This document shows, piece after piece, positions 37,501 to 47,287 of a DNA stretch of 64,000 nucleotides; position 1 is the stretch's first letter, and every line of letters starts with the position of its first letter. Origin of the DNA: Bacilli bacterium (GTDB lineage: Bacteria > Bacillota_I > Bacilli_A > ML615J-28 > CAG-698); the NCBI GenBank assembly GCA_050953085.1, contig JBMNLX010000009.1, positions 203,411-267,410 of the forward strand. Direction: 5' to 3'. The position numbers and the translations under genes were made by a program. The notes under the pieces were generated by a model, which was not told the origin of the DNA, ran no database searches, and worked only from the letters and a program-made list of their open reading frames with translations.

Positions 37501-39603
37501 CCGGCAAAACTCCCGCGTCCGAAAGTTACCCTTGACGGCAACGCGATCAGCTGGGCCGCCGTGGAAGGCGCAGCGAGCTACGACCTTTATGTCGACGGCG
37601 TTCTCGCGTTGGCATCCGCCGGAACGTTTAACGAAGAAACTAACGCATACGAGTTTGATCTTGTCGGGCTTGATTTGCAGGCCTCGACTTATAAAATCCA
37701 GGTCCGGGCGATAACCGCGGACGCGAAAGCGAGCTCGACGTCGGTATTGAGCGACGCGGTAATGTATGAGCTTAGGCGCGCGGATTCCCCCGACCCGGAA
37801 ACCTTTGTTTTGGATGATAATATCTTATCGTGGGGCGAAGTAGAGGGCGCGACGAAATATCTCGTTTCTATTAATGACGGCGACTATTTTGAAGTCGAGA
37901 CCAACCAGGTGACGATCCCCGACGACGCTTTGACGGCCGGAACGATCGTTAAGGTTATCGCCGTCGGCGAGGAAGGAGTTTTCAACTCGCTGCCGACGGA
38001 ATATGAGCTTGACATCGAGGTTATCCCCAAGGAAATAACGCTTGGCTCTTATGTGTTGCCGGTCGTCGAGTTTACCGCGAGCGCGTGGCTGCGTCACGCC
38101 GACCCGGAAAAAGGCAACGATCCCGGCGCGCAATGGATTCAAGGAATCGTCGTCGTTAACGGCGTCCATGAATTCGCCAATCTAGACGATAACGTCCGGC
38201 TCTTCAGCGGCGGTTACGCCGCGGTGCTTGACGCGGACTTCAAAGTAAAATATATCGTCGACCGTTGGGCGCACGAATGGAACGCCGAGGACGGCTGGAC
38301 GACCAACTCCGGCGGCTGGGATTGGGCTCTCCATTTTTACGCCTCTTACTTCAAGCCGTATCTTGAAGAAGGCGACGTCATCATCTTCGCCTCGCAATAC
38401 GGTACGGGCTTGCCGGAAGGCACCTACCGCAACTACTTCGGAAACGCCTTAATCTATGACCTGGAGACGCTAACGACCGATCACCGAAACATTAACATTG
38501 AGGAAGCGATTGACCCGAGCGCGGTCAAAATCGAAATTAAAGAAGTCGTTGCCACAAAAACGATCGCTCTCGGCGGAAATCACCTGCCGATCGTCGAGTT
38601 CACGCTTGAAAAGTGGCTGAATTACGCCGATCCCGACGGCGGTAATGACGTCGGCGCGGCCAATATCGCGGGCATCGTTTTAGTCACCGGCGTCATCGGT
38701 ATTGCTGATCTTGAAGATAATCATAGACTTTTCAGCGGCGGATACGCCGCGGTGCTTGACGCGGATCTTAAAGTAAAATATATCGTCGACCGCTGGGCGC
38801 ACGAATGGAACGCCGAGGACGGCTGGACGACCAACTCCGGCGGCTGGGATTGGGCTCTCCATTTTTACGCCTCTTACTTCAAGCCGTATCTTGAAGAAGG
38901 CGACGTCATCATCTTCGCCTCGCAATACGGCAAAGGTCTGCCGGCCGGCACCTACCGCAACTACTTCGGCAACGCCCTCATTAAAAACTTGGGAACGGTG
39001 ACAACCGATCACCGCGGCGTCGATCTCGAGGAAGCTATCGACCCGAGCGCCGCGAATATCGTCATCCGCGAACAAAAGAAAGTTCTCAACGTCGGAACCT
39101 CGCTCGTGAACGTTAAGGAAATGGAACTTGACGAGTGGCTGAATTACGCCGATCCCACGGGCGGTAATGACGTCGGCGCGCAATGGATACACGGGCTAGT
39201 CCTCGTCCACGGCGCCGCAGGAATTAAGGAACTTGATGACGACGCGGTCGTTTTCAGCGGCGGTTATGTGGCCGTAGTTGATTCCGAATTCAAAGTCAAG
39301 TACTTCGTAGACCGCTGGGCGCACGAATGGAACGCCGAAGACGGTTGGACGGTCAATGACGGCGGCTGGGGCTGGGCGCTTAATTTGAAAGCGTCGTACT
39401 TTAAACCGTATCTTGAGGATGGCGACATGCTTATCATGGCCTCGCAATACGGCGTCGGCCTTGGCGTCGGGACTTATCGCAATGTTTTAGGAAACGAGCT
39501 TATATATAATTTGGGGACTTTAACGACCGATCATCGCAACGTCGACATTGAGGAAGCGCTTGATCCTTCGGAAGTCGCGATCCAATTAATCGAACTTAAA
39601 TAA
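34576..39603 (+). CDS. 1675-aa cell-surface lipoprotein: lipobox LSGC, DUF5011-type Ig-like domains, Fn3-like domains, and >=6 copies of an unassigned ~176-aa module
   Basis: Signal + LSGC lipobox; Ig-like VSDNVTAEDEI...YEITIRATDKEGN; module core recurs as VVLDEYYRVLTIR / VVLDADGKFVLARV / AVTDADNKIVYVRHW / three C-terminal copies AVLDADFKVKYIVDRWAHEWNAEDGW. Confidence 0.8.
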   Translation: MAAFKKIFVFVCLTVVAIVLSGCGKDKVPPELVIETPEISHAAGADIVLAEYIKDFISVSDNVTAEDEIKIEIVDFGGYDKGKKGVYEITIRATDKEGNYTDKKMTVVVTDADTVPPALTKTPTTIYHIAGEEVDLTEGLEGVDNVDGVNVNFKVVDLGDYDRNVPGTYTVMIVVYDNAGNESAPFEREVVVSDSYSRAEMVSFEGEVIRYEALYNPQILAGHTATGYNTAYDGHYVNVLSKDYVDWLVNYAPERIGSGVGWSVIAVTDADNKIVYVRHWNSGEAYLDNEGNLVSVPAVDWSTGTNRNWTEEVNGKMISRTNARYSSGEMGMMMANISRWIPDGGHVFMFINWMTIGLDENEEVVTKANTSDMPRAMGANYIMYSDEDGDDVMDYALGRELKIIDPQLSKQSIRKSFDADKPFPVITVSGKRTVTDTGVWKTNYIETVYLNEHDSENPYDPLAGVTANDGKGGDITDEITYRVYRYATTEQVYGYMTSLSINDPRWAEYYDEVWTLEENEVQLDNILVPGNDGHYFVIEYTVTANGHTDTLYRLIQIKADTPDYIELYGESDSVYANVMSIQQRLEMNPDLDEFGAMDNTDKGILYNYEGFKSLSAYPNLPKGVVVVLDEYYRVLTIRVLANTAFEITPDGKAEINDLDWVDDGLLAGIDDMLPEGGYVVIYPEGKDGTVLAKALRAFVDFDYQEGDITADIKNGAVSVSLVIKEVQEVSTLLVNGEAPLIEISGNEVTIKVVENSKEALIFYPAGGGAGFRLDTGKAYYFTKEMYAVLSQSQEVVSSFTTSSPNKGVPWFRDGSIVVLDADGKFVLARVMTTAAAAEIKADGTVIYGNAAVVATTEADKAAAGEANLSFDLVIPNAANTVPHGPLADILDIVPDGGSFIIFPGTANTAVRNYSVRLLWNADYPGSGIIVDATAEEPPAGSPDPATNGFDFDNYTADYFENLLIEVEFVATVADKPAKLPRPKVTLDGNAISWAAVEGAASYDLYVDGVLALASAGTFNEETNAYEFDLVGLDLQASTYKIQVRAITADAKASSTSVLSDAVMYELRRADSPDPETFVLDDNILSWGEVEGATKYLVSINDGDYFEVETNQVTIPDDALTAGTIVKVIAVGEEGVFNSLPTEYELDIEVIPKEITLGSYVLPVVEFTASAWLRHADPEKGNDPGAQWIQGIVVVNGVHEFANLDDNVRLFSGGYAAVLDADFKVKYIVDRWAHEWNAEDGWTTNSGGWDWALHFYASYFKPYLEEGDVIIFASQYGTGLPEGTYRNYFGNALIYDLETLTTDHRNINIEEAIDPSAVKIEIKEVVATKTIALGGNHLPIVEFTLEKWLNYADPDGGNDVGAANIAGIVLVTGVIGIADLEDNHRLFSGGYAAVLDADLKVKYIVDRWAHEWNAEDGWTTNSGGWDWALHFYASYFKPYLEEGDVIIFASQYGKGLPAGTYRNYFGNALIKNLGTVTTDHRGVDLEEAIDPSAANIVIREQKKVLNVGTSLVNVKEMELDEWLNYADPTGGNDVGAQWIHGLVLVHGAAGIKELDDDAVVFSGGYVAVVDSEFKVKYFVDRWAHEWNAEDGWTVNDGGWGWALNLKASYFKPYLEDGDMLIMASQYGVGLGVGTYRNVLGNELIYNLGTLTTDHRNVDIEEALDPSEVAIQLIELK
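38030..39600 (+). repeat. three tandem intragenic ~525-bp (176-aa) module repeats; cores 38203-38402 and 38731-38930 ~98% identical at DNA level, third core 39253-39452 ~80%
   Basis: Direct comparison of the sequence: 137-nt perfectly identical stretch (TGGGCGCACGAATGGAACGCCGAGGACGGCTGGACGACCAACTCC...CGCAATACGG) in copies 1 and 2. Confidence 0.9.
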
Positions 39604-39617
39604 AAAATCAGGGAATT

Positions 39618-39641
39618 AGCCGGGAGCAAAGGCTCCCGGCT
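39618..39641 (+). terminator. GC-rich hairpin after giant lipoprotein gene (weak T tail; probably partial terminator)
   Basis: AGCCGGGAGC-aaag-GCTCCCGGCT then TATCCC. Confidence 0.4.
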
Positions 39642-39663
39642 TATCCCGACCATACGGTGAGCC

Positions 39664-40353
39664 ATGAAATTCGAGAAGTTTTACAACAGCCGGGTTTTCG
39701 GGTTCTTCGACTGGCTGTATCGCATGTTTATCCTCAATATTTTGACCGTTTTGTTTATCGCGTTGGGACTGGCGGTCTTTTCCCTGATGGCGGCGCTCGT
39801 GGCGCTATTAATCGTTCTCCGCTCGGCCAAGAGCGATTTTGATTTCCCGCTCGTCAAAGGTTATGTTAAGAGTTTCTTCGCAAATTTCGTCCCCGTATTG
39901 AAACTCTCGCTTTTCTACGTTATCTTAGGCTTGCTTTTGCTTTTTAACAGTTATTTTTTCTATTTGGGATTTGTGGATAACGGGGGATTTTTGAACGAGG
40001 TACTGTATTATCTTGCCTTGTTTATCGATTTGGTGTTTATTTTGGCTTTCGTGAACGCGTGTTTTGTTTATGTGTATTTTCCAAACCTAACTTATTGGAA
40101 GGTAGTCAAGTATTCATTCGTCTTACTGCGGGCCGTCCCGCTTCAGGCGCTGTCCCTGGCCGCGTTTGTTGCCGCGGCGGTCGCGCTATTATTCGTGAAG
40201 ATTATTAACATTATTTTGATATTTATTTTCGTTGCTCTTTTTATTTATATCGCCAATCTTTTGCTTGAAAAAATTTATTTACGTTTGGCGGCCGAGGGAG
40301 TCAGGCCGCGCGACGTTTTCCTTTACCTGAGAGACAAACGGGAAAATTCTTAA
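39664..40353 (+). CDS. YesL-family (DUF624) integral membrane protein
   Basis: Hydrophobic 229-aa protein resembling YesL found in Firmicutes sugar ABC loci. Confidence 0.7.
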   Translation: MKFEKFYNSRVFGFFDWLYRMFILNILTVLFIALGLAVFSLMAALVALLIVLRSAKSDFDFPLVKGYVKSFFANFVPVLKLSLFYVILGLLLLFNSYFFYLGFVDNGGFLNEVLYYLALFIDLVFILAFVNACFVYVYFPNLTYWKVVKYSFVLLRAVPLQALSLAAFVAAAVALLFVKIINIILIFIFVALFIYIANLLLEKIYLRLAAEGVRPRDVFLYLRDKRENS

Positions 40354-40372
40354 GGTTTGTGAGGGAAGAATC

Positions 40373-43249
40373 ATGAAAAAAAAGATTATTATTATCGCCT
40401 TAATCACCGGAATCGGCCTGTTTCTTTATTTTGGGGTTAAACGGAATCCCGTTCCCGTCCGTTCCGCAATCTATCAGGGCTCGGTCTATCAAGACGGAGC
40501 CGGCGCCTTGCCCGATTATCACGCCTATCTGAGCGAAAGAGCGGACGCGGCTCGTCCCGCGGAAGAAATCGTGATTTCCGCGGTCGAGTCCTATGACTAT
40601 GATTCCGACGGTTTCGAGGCCGAATGTTATTCGACGGAAGAAGACGGGGTTGCGGGACTTTATATTCCCGAGCCCGGCGAGGTCTGCTGGGAGGTTGACG
40701 TTCCCCAATCCGGTTTATACAATATCGAGATTAAGTATTACCCGGTGCCCGGCCGGAGCGCGGCGATTGCTCGCGGGCTGAAGATCGACGGCGAATACCC
40801 CTTTAAGGAGGCCGCGAACTTTACCCTGTCCCGGATTTGGGTCGACGAGTTTCCCGTCGCCAGCCGGCGCGATACCGGCAAGCATGATATCAAACCATCG
40901 CAAATCGAAAATAATAGATGGAACAACGAGACCGTCCGCGACACCAACGGTTATTATGACGGCCGACCGTATCATTTTTATCTGGAGTCCGGGAAACGAA
41001 CGATCACTTTGGTCGGCGTCCGGGAACCGGTGGTGATAGCGGAAATCAAGATCTATCAAAAAGCGCCGGAGCCCGGTTACCGCGATTATCTTGACCATTA
41101 TCGCGCCGCCGGCTATCAAGAAATTGAGACGCCCGGAGGCTTTTACAAAATCCAGGGCGAGAACCCGCTCGAAAAATCGACCCCGGTCTTGGCCCCGGTC
41201 GCCAACTGGAGCAGCTATAAGGTCGACCCCTACGAAAAATTTATCACCCGGTACAACACCGTCGGCGGTTATGCCTGGCGGGTCGCGGGCGATTGGATTA
41301 CTTGGGAGGCGGAGGTTCCGGCCGCGGGACTTTACAGATTGAGCTTTAAAGTCTTGCAGAATTATAGCCGCGGGATGGACAGCGCGCGGATCCTCTACAT
41401 TAACGGCGAGGTCCCGTTCGCGGAGTGCCGCGAGATCCGTTTCCGATACCGCGGCGACTGGCAAAACGCGACTTTGGGAAGCGAGGAAGAGGATTATTGG
41501 TTTTACCTTGAGGAAGGAAAAAATACGATTACCCTGGAAGCGACGATTGGCGTTTACGACAACGTCATCCGCACCGCCGAGCAGACGATAGCGATTCTTA
41601 ACCGCCTGTACCGGAAAGTGGTAATGATTACCGGCGTCGCCCCCGACAAGTACCAAGATTATCTTTTGGAAGAACGGATCGACGATCTTTGGGAAATGAT
41701 CGACGAGAGCATATATAATCTCGAATACTGCATCGAGGAAACGATAAAAATCGCCGGCGAACGGAGCGGCTTAATCTCCGCTTTCGAGAGAACGCTCGTT
41801 CAGTTGCGGAAATTTAAGAAAAGCGAGCAAAACATCCAAAGAAGCCTTAAGGAACTGGAGGACAATATCGCCGCCTTGGGGACATGGGTGATGGATATTT
41901 CCGAGCAGCCCCTGGCCGTCGACTGCCTTTACGTTTTAGGGAAGGATGGCAAGCTCCCCAAGGCCTCGACGAATTTCTTTCAAAAATTATGGCACGAGCT
42001 CGTGATGCTCGTCGGCAGTTTCGGAGCCGGCAGCGCGCTCGAGAGCAGCATCAAGGCCGACGGTCCGACGATTACCGTTTGGGTGTTCTCCGGTCGCGAC
42101 CAATCGCAACTTTTACGGCAACTGGTCGACGAGTCGTTTACTTTGCGGGAAAACATTAACGTGAAACTGAAACTGGTCAACGCAACCGCCTTGCTTCCGG
42201 CGACACTCGCCGGGAACGGCCCGGACGTCGCCTTGGGCGTCGGGCAAAATATCCCCGTGAACTGGGGAATAAGGAAGGCGCTTCTCGATCTCGCGGAGTT
42301 TTCCGATTTTCCCGAGGTCGCCGCTTGGTTCAGCCCCAGCGCTCTTACGGCTTTCCGCTTTGGCGATAGCGTTTACGCCCTTCCCGATACCGAGGATTTT
42401 CTCGTGACTTTTATTCGGACCGATATCGCCGAGGAAATGGGTTTTTCGGCCCCCGAAACATGGGATGAGGTTTTGACGCTTGTCCCGTACCTGCAGAGAT
42501 CGTACCTCGATTATTATATACCCAATACCCGCGGCGCTCTAAGCACAGTGCTGCACGCGATGATCGTTCAAAAGGGCGGCTCCCTCTACGAGGAGGGCGG
42601 CCGGAAAACGAGACTTATGGAAACGGACGCTACCGAAGCCTTCATTGACTTCACGAGTTTCTTTTCCGACTACGGGTTCGCCGTGAGCGCCAATTTCCCC
42701 AACCGTTTCCGCAGCGGGGAGATGCCGATCGGGATTTATAATTATTCGCTTTACAACACTTTGGCGGTTTTCGCCCCGGAAATTAACGGTCATTGGCGAT
42801 TCGCGCCGCTGCCGGGCTATGAAGAAGACGGGGTCATTCATAACCTGACGACCTCCACGGTGACCGGATCCGTCATCCTCGCAGACTCGAAGGAAAAAGA
42901 AGCAAGCTGGAAGTTTTTGAAATGGTGGCTTTCGGCGGAAACGCAGGCGAATTACGCCCGCGGCATGGAAGCGATTCTCGGCGCCGCGGCCCGTTACCCG
43001 ACCGCCAACCTCGAGGCTTTCGGAAGTCTCCCGTGGTCGGCGCGGGACTACCGCGTGCTTGAAAAACAGCGCGATGCCGCCGTCGGCGTTCCGACGATCC
43101 CCGGCGATTATATCGTCGGCCGTTATCTCGACAACGCTTTCCGCGCCGCCATCAATAATAACCTTAACCCTCGCGATACTTTGTTTGAATACGCGCAGAA
43201 AATTGACCTGGAAATTACCCGCAAACGTAAAGAGTTCAATCTTGATTAG
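40373..43249 (+). CDS. 958-aa extracellular solute-binding protein (CUT1-type) with N-terminal TM anchor and two CBM-like beta-sandwich repeats
   Basis: C-terminal half = family-1 SBP; N-terminal repeats CWEVDVPQSGLYNIEIKYYP / ITWEAEVPAAGLYRLSFKVLQNY. Confidence 0.75.
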   Translation: MKKKIIIIALITGIGLFLYFGVKRNPVPVRSAIYQGSVYQDGAGALPDYHAYLSERADAARPAEEIVISAVESYDYDSDGFEAECYSTEEDGVAGLYIPEPGEVCWEVDVPQSGLYNIEIKYYPVPGRSAAIARGLKIDGEYPFKEAANFTLSRIWVDEFPVASRRDTGKHDIKPSQIENNRWNNETVRDTNGYYDGRPYHFYLESGKRTITLVGVREPVVIAEIKIYQKAPEPGYRDYLDHYRAAGYQEIETPGGFYKIQGENPLEKSTPVLAPVANWSSYKVDPYEKFITRYNTVGGYAWRVAGDWITWEAEVPAAGLYRLSFKVLQNYSRGMDSARILYINGEVPFAECREIRFRYRGDWQNATLGSEEEDYWFYLEEGKNTITLEATIGVYDNVIRTAEQTIAILNRLYRKVVMITGVAPDKYQDYLLEERIDDLWEMIDESIYNLEYCIEETIKIAGERSGLISAFERTLVQLRKFKKSEQNIQRSLKELEDNIAALGTWVMDISEQPLAVDCLYVLGKDGKLPKASTNFFQKLWHELVMLVGSFGAGSALESSIKADGPTITVWVFSGRDQSQLLRQLVDESFTLRENINVKLKLVNATALLPATLAGNGPDVALGVGQNIPVNWGIRKALLDLAEFSDFPEVAAWFSPSALTAFRFGDSVYALPDTEDFLVTFIRTDIAEEMGFSAPETWDEVLTLVPYLQRSYLDYYIPNTRGALSTVLHAMIVQKGGSLYEEGGRKTRLMETDATEAFIDFTSFFSDYGFAVSANFPNRFRSGEMPIGIYNYSLYNTLAVFAPEINGHWRFAPLPGYEEDGVIHNLTTSTVTGSVILADSKEKEASWKFLKWWLSAETQANYARGMEAILGAAARYPTANLEAFGSLPWSARDYRVLEKQRDAAVGVPTIPGDYIVGRYLDNAFRAAINNNLNPRDTLFEYAQKIDLEITRKRKEFNLD

Positions 43250-43263
43250 GGAGGACGGAACCG

Positions 43264-44193
43264 ATGACAAGCATAACGAAAAATAAAAATAAGCCATCCT
43301 TTTGGCAGCAGGTCAAGAAAAACAAAGTATCGTATTCGATGGTCGCTCCTTTCTTTATCATCTTTTTTACGTTCACCGTCTTGCCGGTGTTGATGAGTTT
43401 CGGGCTTAGTTTTACTTCCTTTGACATGCTCCAAGCGCCGAAATTTATCGGCCTTGATAATTATATCAACTTATTTTTAAACGACGAGGTCTTCCTGATC
43501 GCTCTCAAAAACACTTTTATCCTGGCGGTCATTACCGGGCCCGTCTCTTATATCATGGCCTTTGTTTTCGCTTGGCTTATTAACGAGCTGCCGCGAAAGA
43601 TCAGGTGGCTCATGACGCTCATTTTCTACGCGCCGTCAATCAGCGGCAGCGCTTATCTCTTATGGCAATTGATATTCTCTTCCGATATGTACGGTGTTTT
43701 AAACGCGACGCTTATGGATTTGGGGATCATCAACGCTCCGATTTTATGGTTGGACACCCCGCAATACGCGTTGCCGATCCTTATTATCGTTCAGCTATGG
43801 TTAAGCCTCGGCGTTTCCTTCCTCGCGTTTATCGCGGGGCTTCAGACCGTGGATAAAACGTTATACGAGGCGGGGGCGATCGACGGGATCCGCAACCGCT
43901 GGCAGGAACTTTGGTATATTACCCTCCCGCAGATGAAACCGCAGTTGATGTTCGGGGCGGTTATGCAGATCACGAGCGCGCTCGGGATCGCCGCGGTCTC
44001 GATTAATCTGCTCGGGTTTCCTTCCGTCGAGTATTCCGGTCATACGATCGTGACCCACCTTATGGACTTCGGCTCGACGAACTCCACCCGTTTGGAGATG
44101 GGGTACGCTTCCGCGATCGCGACCGTCCTGTTTTTCATTATGCTCGGGTCCAACCTGATCGTTCAGAAAATTATCAGAAGGGTGGGAACGTAA
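43264..44193 (+). CDS. carbohydrate ABC transporter permease (CUT1, MalF/LplB-like)
   Basis: 6 TM, EAA loop AGAIDGIRNRWQELWYITLP. Confidence 0.85.
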   Translation: MTSITKNKNKPSFWQQVKKNKVSYSMVAPFFIIFFTFTVLPVLMSFGLSFTSFDMLQAPKFIGLDNYINLFLNDEVFLIALKNTFILAVITGPVSYIMAFVFAWLINELPRKIRWLMTLIFYAPSISGSAYLLWQLIFSSDMYGVLNATLMDLGIINAPILWLDTPQYALPILIIVQLWLSLGVSFLAFIAGLQTVDKTLYEAGAIDGIRNRWQELWYITLPQMKPQLMFGAVMQITSALGIAAVSINLLGFPSVEYSGHTIVTHLMDFGSTNSTRLEMGYASAIATVLFFIMLGSNLIVQKIIRRVGT

Positions 44194-45131
44194 TGGAAGA
44201 CGTCCAAAGCCGCGAGGCGATTGTCGCGGATCTAAAGCGCGAGGAATTAAAATGGCTTAAGGAGCGTAACCGCCGCCGCCGGCTCCGGCGCAAGGTAAGG
44301 CTCAGCCGCTCGTGGAAAGGCGATATATTCGTAATCATCGTTTTGATTGCTTTTGGTTTTTTCAGCGCCTATCCCTTAATTTTTACCATCGCCAACTCCT
44401 TAAAACCCTTGGACGAGATATTTAAGTTTCCGCCGCGGCTTTTGCCGAGACGGATCACGTTCGAACATTTTGTGGATCTTTTTAACTTAATCGGAAACAC
44501 GCAAATCCCGATATCGCGGTATTTGCTTAACACGGTGCTGATTACGTTGTTCGGGACCGTCGGTCATGTTTTCCTGGCTTCGCTTTGCGCATATCCCCTG
44601 GCAAAGCATAAATTCCCCGGAAAGCACTTGATCAATCAAATGATCGTTTACTCGCTGATGTTCAGCGCCGCGGTAACGATGATTCCGACATACATGATTT
44701 CGAGTTGGCTGGGGCTCATCGACTCTCAACTCGCGATCATCATCCCCGCTTTCGGGTATTCGCTCGGGATATTCCTGATGCGCCAGTTCATTAACACGAT
44801 TCCCGACGAACTTTTGGAGGCCGCCAAGGTTGACGGCGCGAACGAGTACCAAATATTCTTTAAGATTGTTATGCCGCTAGTGAAACCGGCGTGGCTCACC
44901 CTGATAATTCTTCTTTTCCAACAATTATGGGGCGCGGACGGCGGGAACTATATATTCACCGAAAACTTAAAACCCTTAAGCTACGCCTTAAGCCAAATTG
45001 TCGCCGGCGGCATCCCGCGGACGGGAACGGCGGCGGCGGTGACGGTGATAATGCTCGTTGTCCCGATTACCGTGTTTATCATTAACCAATCGCGCGTTCT
45101 TGACACTATGGCGCATTCGGGGTTGAAGTAG
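44193..45131 (+). CDS. carbohydrate ABC transporter permease (CUT1, MalG/LplC-like)
   Basis: EAA loop EAAKVDGANEYQIFFKIVMP. Confidence 0.85.
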   Translation: MEDVQSREAIVADLKREELKWLKERNRRRRLRRKVRLSRSWKGDIFVIIVLIAFGFFSAYPLIFTIANSLKPLDEIFKFPPRLLPRRITFEHFVDLFNLIGNTQIPISRYLLNTVLITLFGTVGHVFLASLCAYPLAKHKFPGKHLINQMIVYSLMFSAAVTMIPTYMISSWLGLIDSQLAIIIPAFGYSLGIFLMRQFINTIPDELLEAAKVDGANEYQIFFKIVMPLVKPAWLTLIILLFQQLWGADGGNYIFTENLKPLSYALSQIVAGGIPRTGTAAAVTVIMLVVPITVFIINQSRVLDTMAHSGLK

Positions 45132-45138
45132 GTGAAAT

Positions 45139-46629
45139 ATGAAAAGAACAGCTTTATTTCTTATCGCTTTTTTCGTTGCGTTTATCTTTGTTTCCGCCGA
45201 GGCGAGCGCGGCTTATAATTATGACCCTTTCGGCGACGCGATCGCTTCCGCGGAAGCGCTGATCGCGCGAAAAGTCGTCGATTCCTCGAATTTGCTTGAC
45301 CGGGAAGGAGAGAGCGCCGGTTACGTCTTCGGCGCCCTGGCGGACGTTTTCGCTCATGAAGACCGGGTTTTTATCGTCGACTCCGAAAACGACGCCGTCG
45401 TCGTTCTCGACGACGAGTACAGGTTTATAGCCGCCTTCGGAAGGGACGAGGGGGCGGGAAAACTGAAAAACCCGCGCGGGATATACGTCACCGAGGATTA
45501 TATTTACGTCGCCGACTACGGAAACAATAGGGTGGCCGTGTTCACCCATGATTATGAGTTTTCGTGGGAAGCGACGACGCCTGACGATCCCTCCTTCAAA
45601 CAAGACCCCGCCGACGAGCGCGGTTACGACTTTAAGCCGCTGAAGCTCGCGGTCAACGACGCGGGACGGATCTATGTCGTCGCGGACCAGATTTTCGAAG
45701 GAATAATCGATTTAAACCCCGACGGTTCCTTTTCCCGCTATGTCGGGGCTTCGACCGTGACGCTTTCGGTTTGGGAGGCGTTCTGGTTATTGTTCACGAC
45801 CGAGACGCAGCGCCGGGCGCAGGGTTACCGCCTGGCGACAAGCTTCGTCAACGTTAACGTCGACGAGAAGGGGCATCTTTATACCCTGTCGGGGTTATCG
45901 GAAGGAAGCCGCGTCATTAAAAAGCTGAACAACAAAGGTTACGATATTTTATGGCGGAACGGTTACGTGCCGCCGGTGGGCGACGTCGCCTCGATCGACG
46001 GTCGGGTCAAAGTGCCGACCGGGCCGAGCCAGCTCGTCGACATCGACGTAAACGAAAGCGGGACCTATTGCGTTCTTGACAAAACCCGCGGCCGGATATT
46101 TGTCTATGACTTCGAGGGTTATCTTCTGTATATCGGCGGCCAGCTCGGCAATATCGGCGGAGCCGCCAACAACCAGCGTTCCCTCTTCTTAAGTCCCGAG
46201 GCGCTTTGCTTTCATAAGGACGGTATCCTGGTGGTCGATTCCCTTAATAAAAATCTCGTCGTCATGGGTTACACGGAGTTCGCGAGTCTTGTCAACGCCG
46301 CTTCCGACCGCTATTTCAAGGGCGAATACGACGAGGCCATGGAACTGTGGGAAGAAGTGCTCGTTCACAATACCAACTACTATCTCGCTTACGCCGGCAT
46401 CGGCAAAGCCCTGTTACGCGCCGGCGATTACCGGGGCGCGATGGTTAATTGTAAACTTGGTCACGACAGATACAATTACTCGAAAGCCTATAAATATTAC
46501 CGCTATGAGAAAATGACCGTGATTTTTCCGTATATCGCCGCGACGGCGCTCGGGCTCGCCGTTTTCCTGTTTGTCCGTTCGTTAAGAACTTCGGTTCGCC
46601 GGGAACAAGAGGAGGAGAATAATGAATAA
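45139..46629 (+). CDS. secreted NHL-repeat beta-propeller protein with C-terminal TPR-like region and TM anchor
   Basis: Signal peptide; repeated YVADYGNNRVAVF-type NHL blades; C-term TM ATALGLAVFLFV. Confidence 0.7.
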   Translation: MKRTALFLIAFFVAFIFVSAEASAAYNYDPFGDAIASAEALIARKVVDSSNLLDREGESAGYVFGALADVFAHEDRVFIVDSENDAVVVLDDEYRFIAAFGRDEGAGKLKNPRGIYVTEDYIYVADYGNNRVAVFTHDYEFSWEATTPDDPSFKQDPADERGYDFKPLKLAVNDAGRIYVVADQIFEGIIDLNPDGSFSRYVGASTVTLSVWEAFWLLFTTETQRRAQGYRLATSFVNVNVDEKGHLYTLSGLSEGSRVIKKLNNKGYDILWRNGYVPPVGDVASIDGRVKVPTGPSQLVDIDVNESGTYCVLDKTRGRIFVYDFEGYLLYIGGQLGNIGGAANNQRSLFLSPEALCFHKDGILVVDSLNKNLVVMGYTEFASLVNAASDRYFKGEYDEAMELWEEVLVHNTNYYLAYAGIGKALLRAGDYRGAMVNCKLGHDRYNYSKAYKYYRYEKMTVIFPYIAATALGLAVFLFVRSLRTSVRREQEEENNE

Positions 46630-47287
46630 ACCGCTGAGCTTGAAAAGAGAAAACCTAAAACAAATTTTAAGGGATTTATTCGTCCATCCTCTTTATCTCA
46701 TCACGCACCCGATCAAGGGGTTTGACCGGTTCAAACGGGAAAAGACGGGAAAAAGCTACGTCGCGTGGTTTTACTTCGTGATGATGATTATCGCGAACAT
46801 CATCGCGTTTAACGGCAACGACTTTTTGGTGAACGATAATAAACCCCGCGATTTTAATATATTTCTCATTATCGCTCTCGTCGCTTTCCCGGTGGGCGTC
46901 GTCACCGTCGCCAATTGGGCGTCGACGGCGCTTATGGATGGCAAGGGGACGATGAAAGAGATTTTCGCTGTAATCGGTTATTCCTTTTTTCCCTTTGTCT
47001 GGCTTAGCCTCGCGGCGACCGTGATCAGCAACTTCATCACTTACGACGAAATAGTATTTTTTCATTTCCTTAATACCATGGGCGCGGTCCTGCTCGCCTA
47101 TATGGTTTTTTTCGGGTTGATGGGAATCCACGAGTTTGGCCCGGCGAAGACAATTATGATGTTTGTCTTTACCGTCGTCGCCGTAGCCGCCGTCCTTTTC
47201 GTCATCTTGCTTTTTCTTTCTTTAATCCAGCACGTATACTCGTTTCTCGACTCATTTATTAGCGAGTTTAAATGGAGGTTTTGGTAA
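46622..47287 (+). CDS. Yip1-family membrane protein
   Basis: 5-TM Yip1-like topology; usual companion of DUF5696 in Firmicutes sugar loci. Confidence 0.65.
   Translation: MNKPLSLKRENLKQILRDLFVHPLYLITHPIKGFDRFKREKTGKSYVAWFYFVMMIIANIIAFNGNDFLVNDNKPRDFNIFLIIALVAFPVGVVTVANWASTALMDGKGTMKEIFAVIGYSFFPFVWLSLAATVISNFITYDEIVFFHFLNTMGAVLLAYMVFFGLMGIHEFGPAKTIMMFVFTVVAVAAVLFVILLFLSLIQHVYSFLDSFISEFKWRFW

Noticed and set aside
38030-39600. Possible CRISPR-like direct repeats
   Set aside because: Repeat unit is ~525 bp, in-frame and protein-coding (tandem domain modules of the lipoprotein). No short 25-40-bp repeat/spacer periodicity exists anywhere in the window.
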